DNA of 63,267 nt, the filler included, from Octopus bimaculoides (Eukaryota): assembly GCF_001194135.2 (NCBI RefSeq). It is 5 parts of 5 records of this genome, joined end to end, with 100 filler letters (N's around TTAATTAATTAA, not from the genome) between each part and the next. Parts side by side here need not be neighbours in the genome. Positions count along the whole stretch, not along the records: positions 60,896 to 63,267 come from NW_026306381.1; 4 more parts are not named here. One strand, given 5' to 3'. The position numbers and the translations under genes were made by a program. The notes beneath the pieces were generated by a model. The model made no database searches, was not told where the DNA came from, and was given only the letters and a program-made list of their open reading frames with translations. How positions within the stretch are numbered: position 1 is the first letter of the stretch; each line of letters starts with the position of its first letter. Positions 62,965 to 63,267 of this stretch are shown here, one piece after another.

Positions 62965-63143
62965 CTCTAGAAGGGGTTTTTTGTTCAATTACATTCATCT
63001 CAGTGCTCAACAGATTCTTATTTTATCAACCCTAAAACGATGAAAAGTAAAGTCGACCTTGATGGAATTAGAATTCAGAACATTAAGTGCCAGAATGCCG
63101 CTAAGCTTTTATCAGTAACGCTAACGGTTCTACTAGCTCGCAG
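62965..63143 (-). mobile_element. Degraded SINE family F
   Basis: Recognisable core (TGAAAAGTAAAGTCGACCTT). Confidence 0.7.
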
Positions 63144-63192
63144 AATACAACAATGTGATATTATTATATACCCTGCCTAGGTGCACTTCGGT

Positions 63193-63267
63193 GGAGGCGC
63201 AATGGCCCAGTGGTTAAGGCAGCGAACTCACGGTCATAGGATCGCGGTTTCGATTCCCAGACCGGGC
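63193..63267 (+). mobile_element. SINE family B head (cut by window end)
   Basis: GGAGGCGCAATGGCCCAGTGGTTAAGGCAGCG...GGTTTCGATTCCCAGACCGGGC, nearly identical to the 706 copy. Confidence 0.9.

Overview
AT-rich, gapped draft eukaryotic genomic sequence. The SINE set, extreme microsatellite load and gap style suggest an octopus, probably an Octopus bimaculoides-type draft assembly; this is inference, not checked. One protein-coding gene can be built with confidence: NAA38/LSMD1 (NatC auxiliary Sm-like subunit) on the minus strand. It has three solid exons (43338-43455, 41083-41154, 37567-37679), a plausible 24-nt first coding exon (48596-48619), a 108-aa product and a poly(A) signal 31 nt after the stop. 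The rest is mostly repeats: about 45 recognisable SINE copies from several tRNA-derived families (my labels A-C, B, D, E, F, G), fossils of piggyBac, mariner, hAT MITEs, RTE, CR1/L2-like and REL-endonuclease retroelements, palindromic elements, two minisatellites, a tRNA-Gly pseudogene and many microsatellites. Almost all ORFs in the supplied track are microsatellite or N-gap artefacts. I found no CRISPR array and no convincing novel multi-gene system. The most unusual signals are structural: (i) every NAA38 intron has a long inverted repeat, including a two-left-end mariner foldback 60 nt from the last splice acceptor; (ii) a CpG-decay pattern in SINE copies that appears to mark the promoter and hints at a second, divergent gene; (iii) a 98-bp satellite born inside a SINE; (iv) TSD-flanked palindromic elements. 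All counts and coordinates were made by eye; repeat boundaries are approximate unless termini are quoted.
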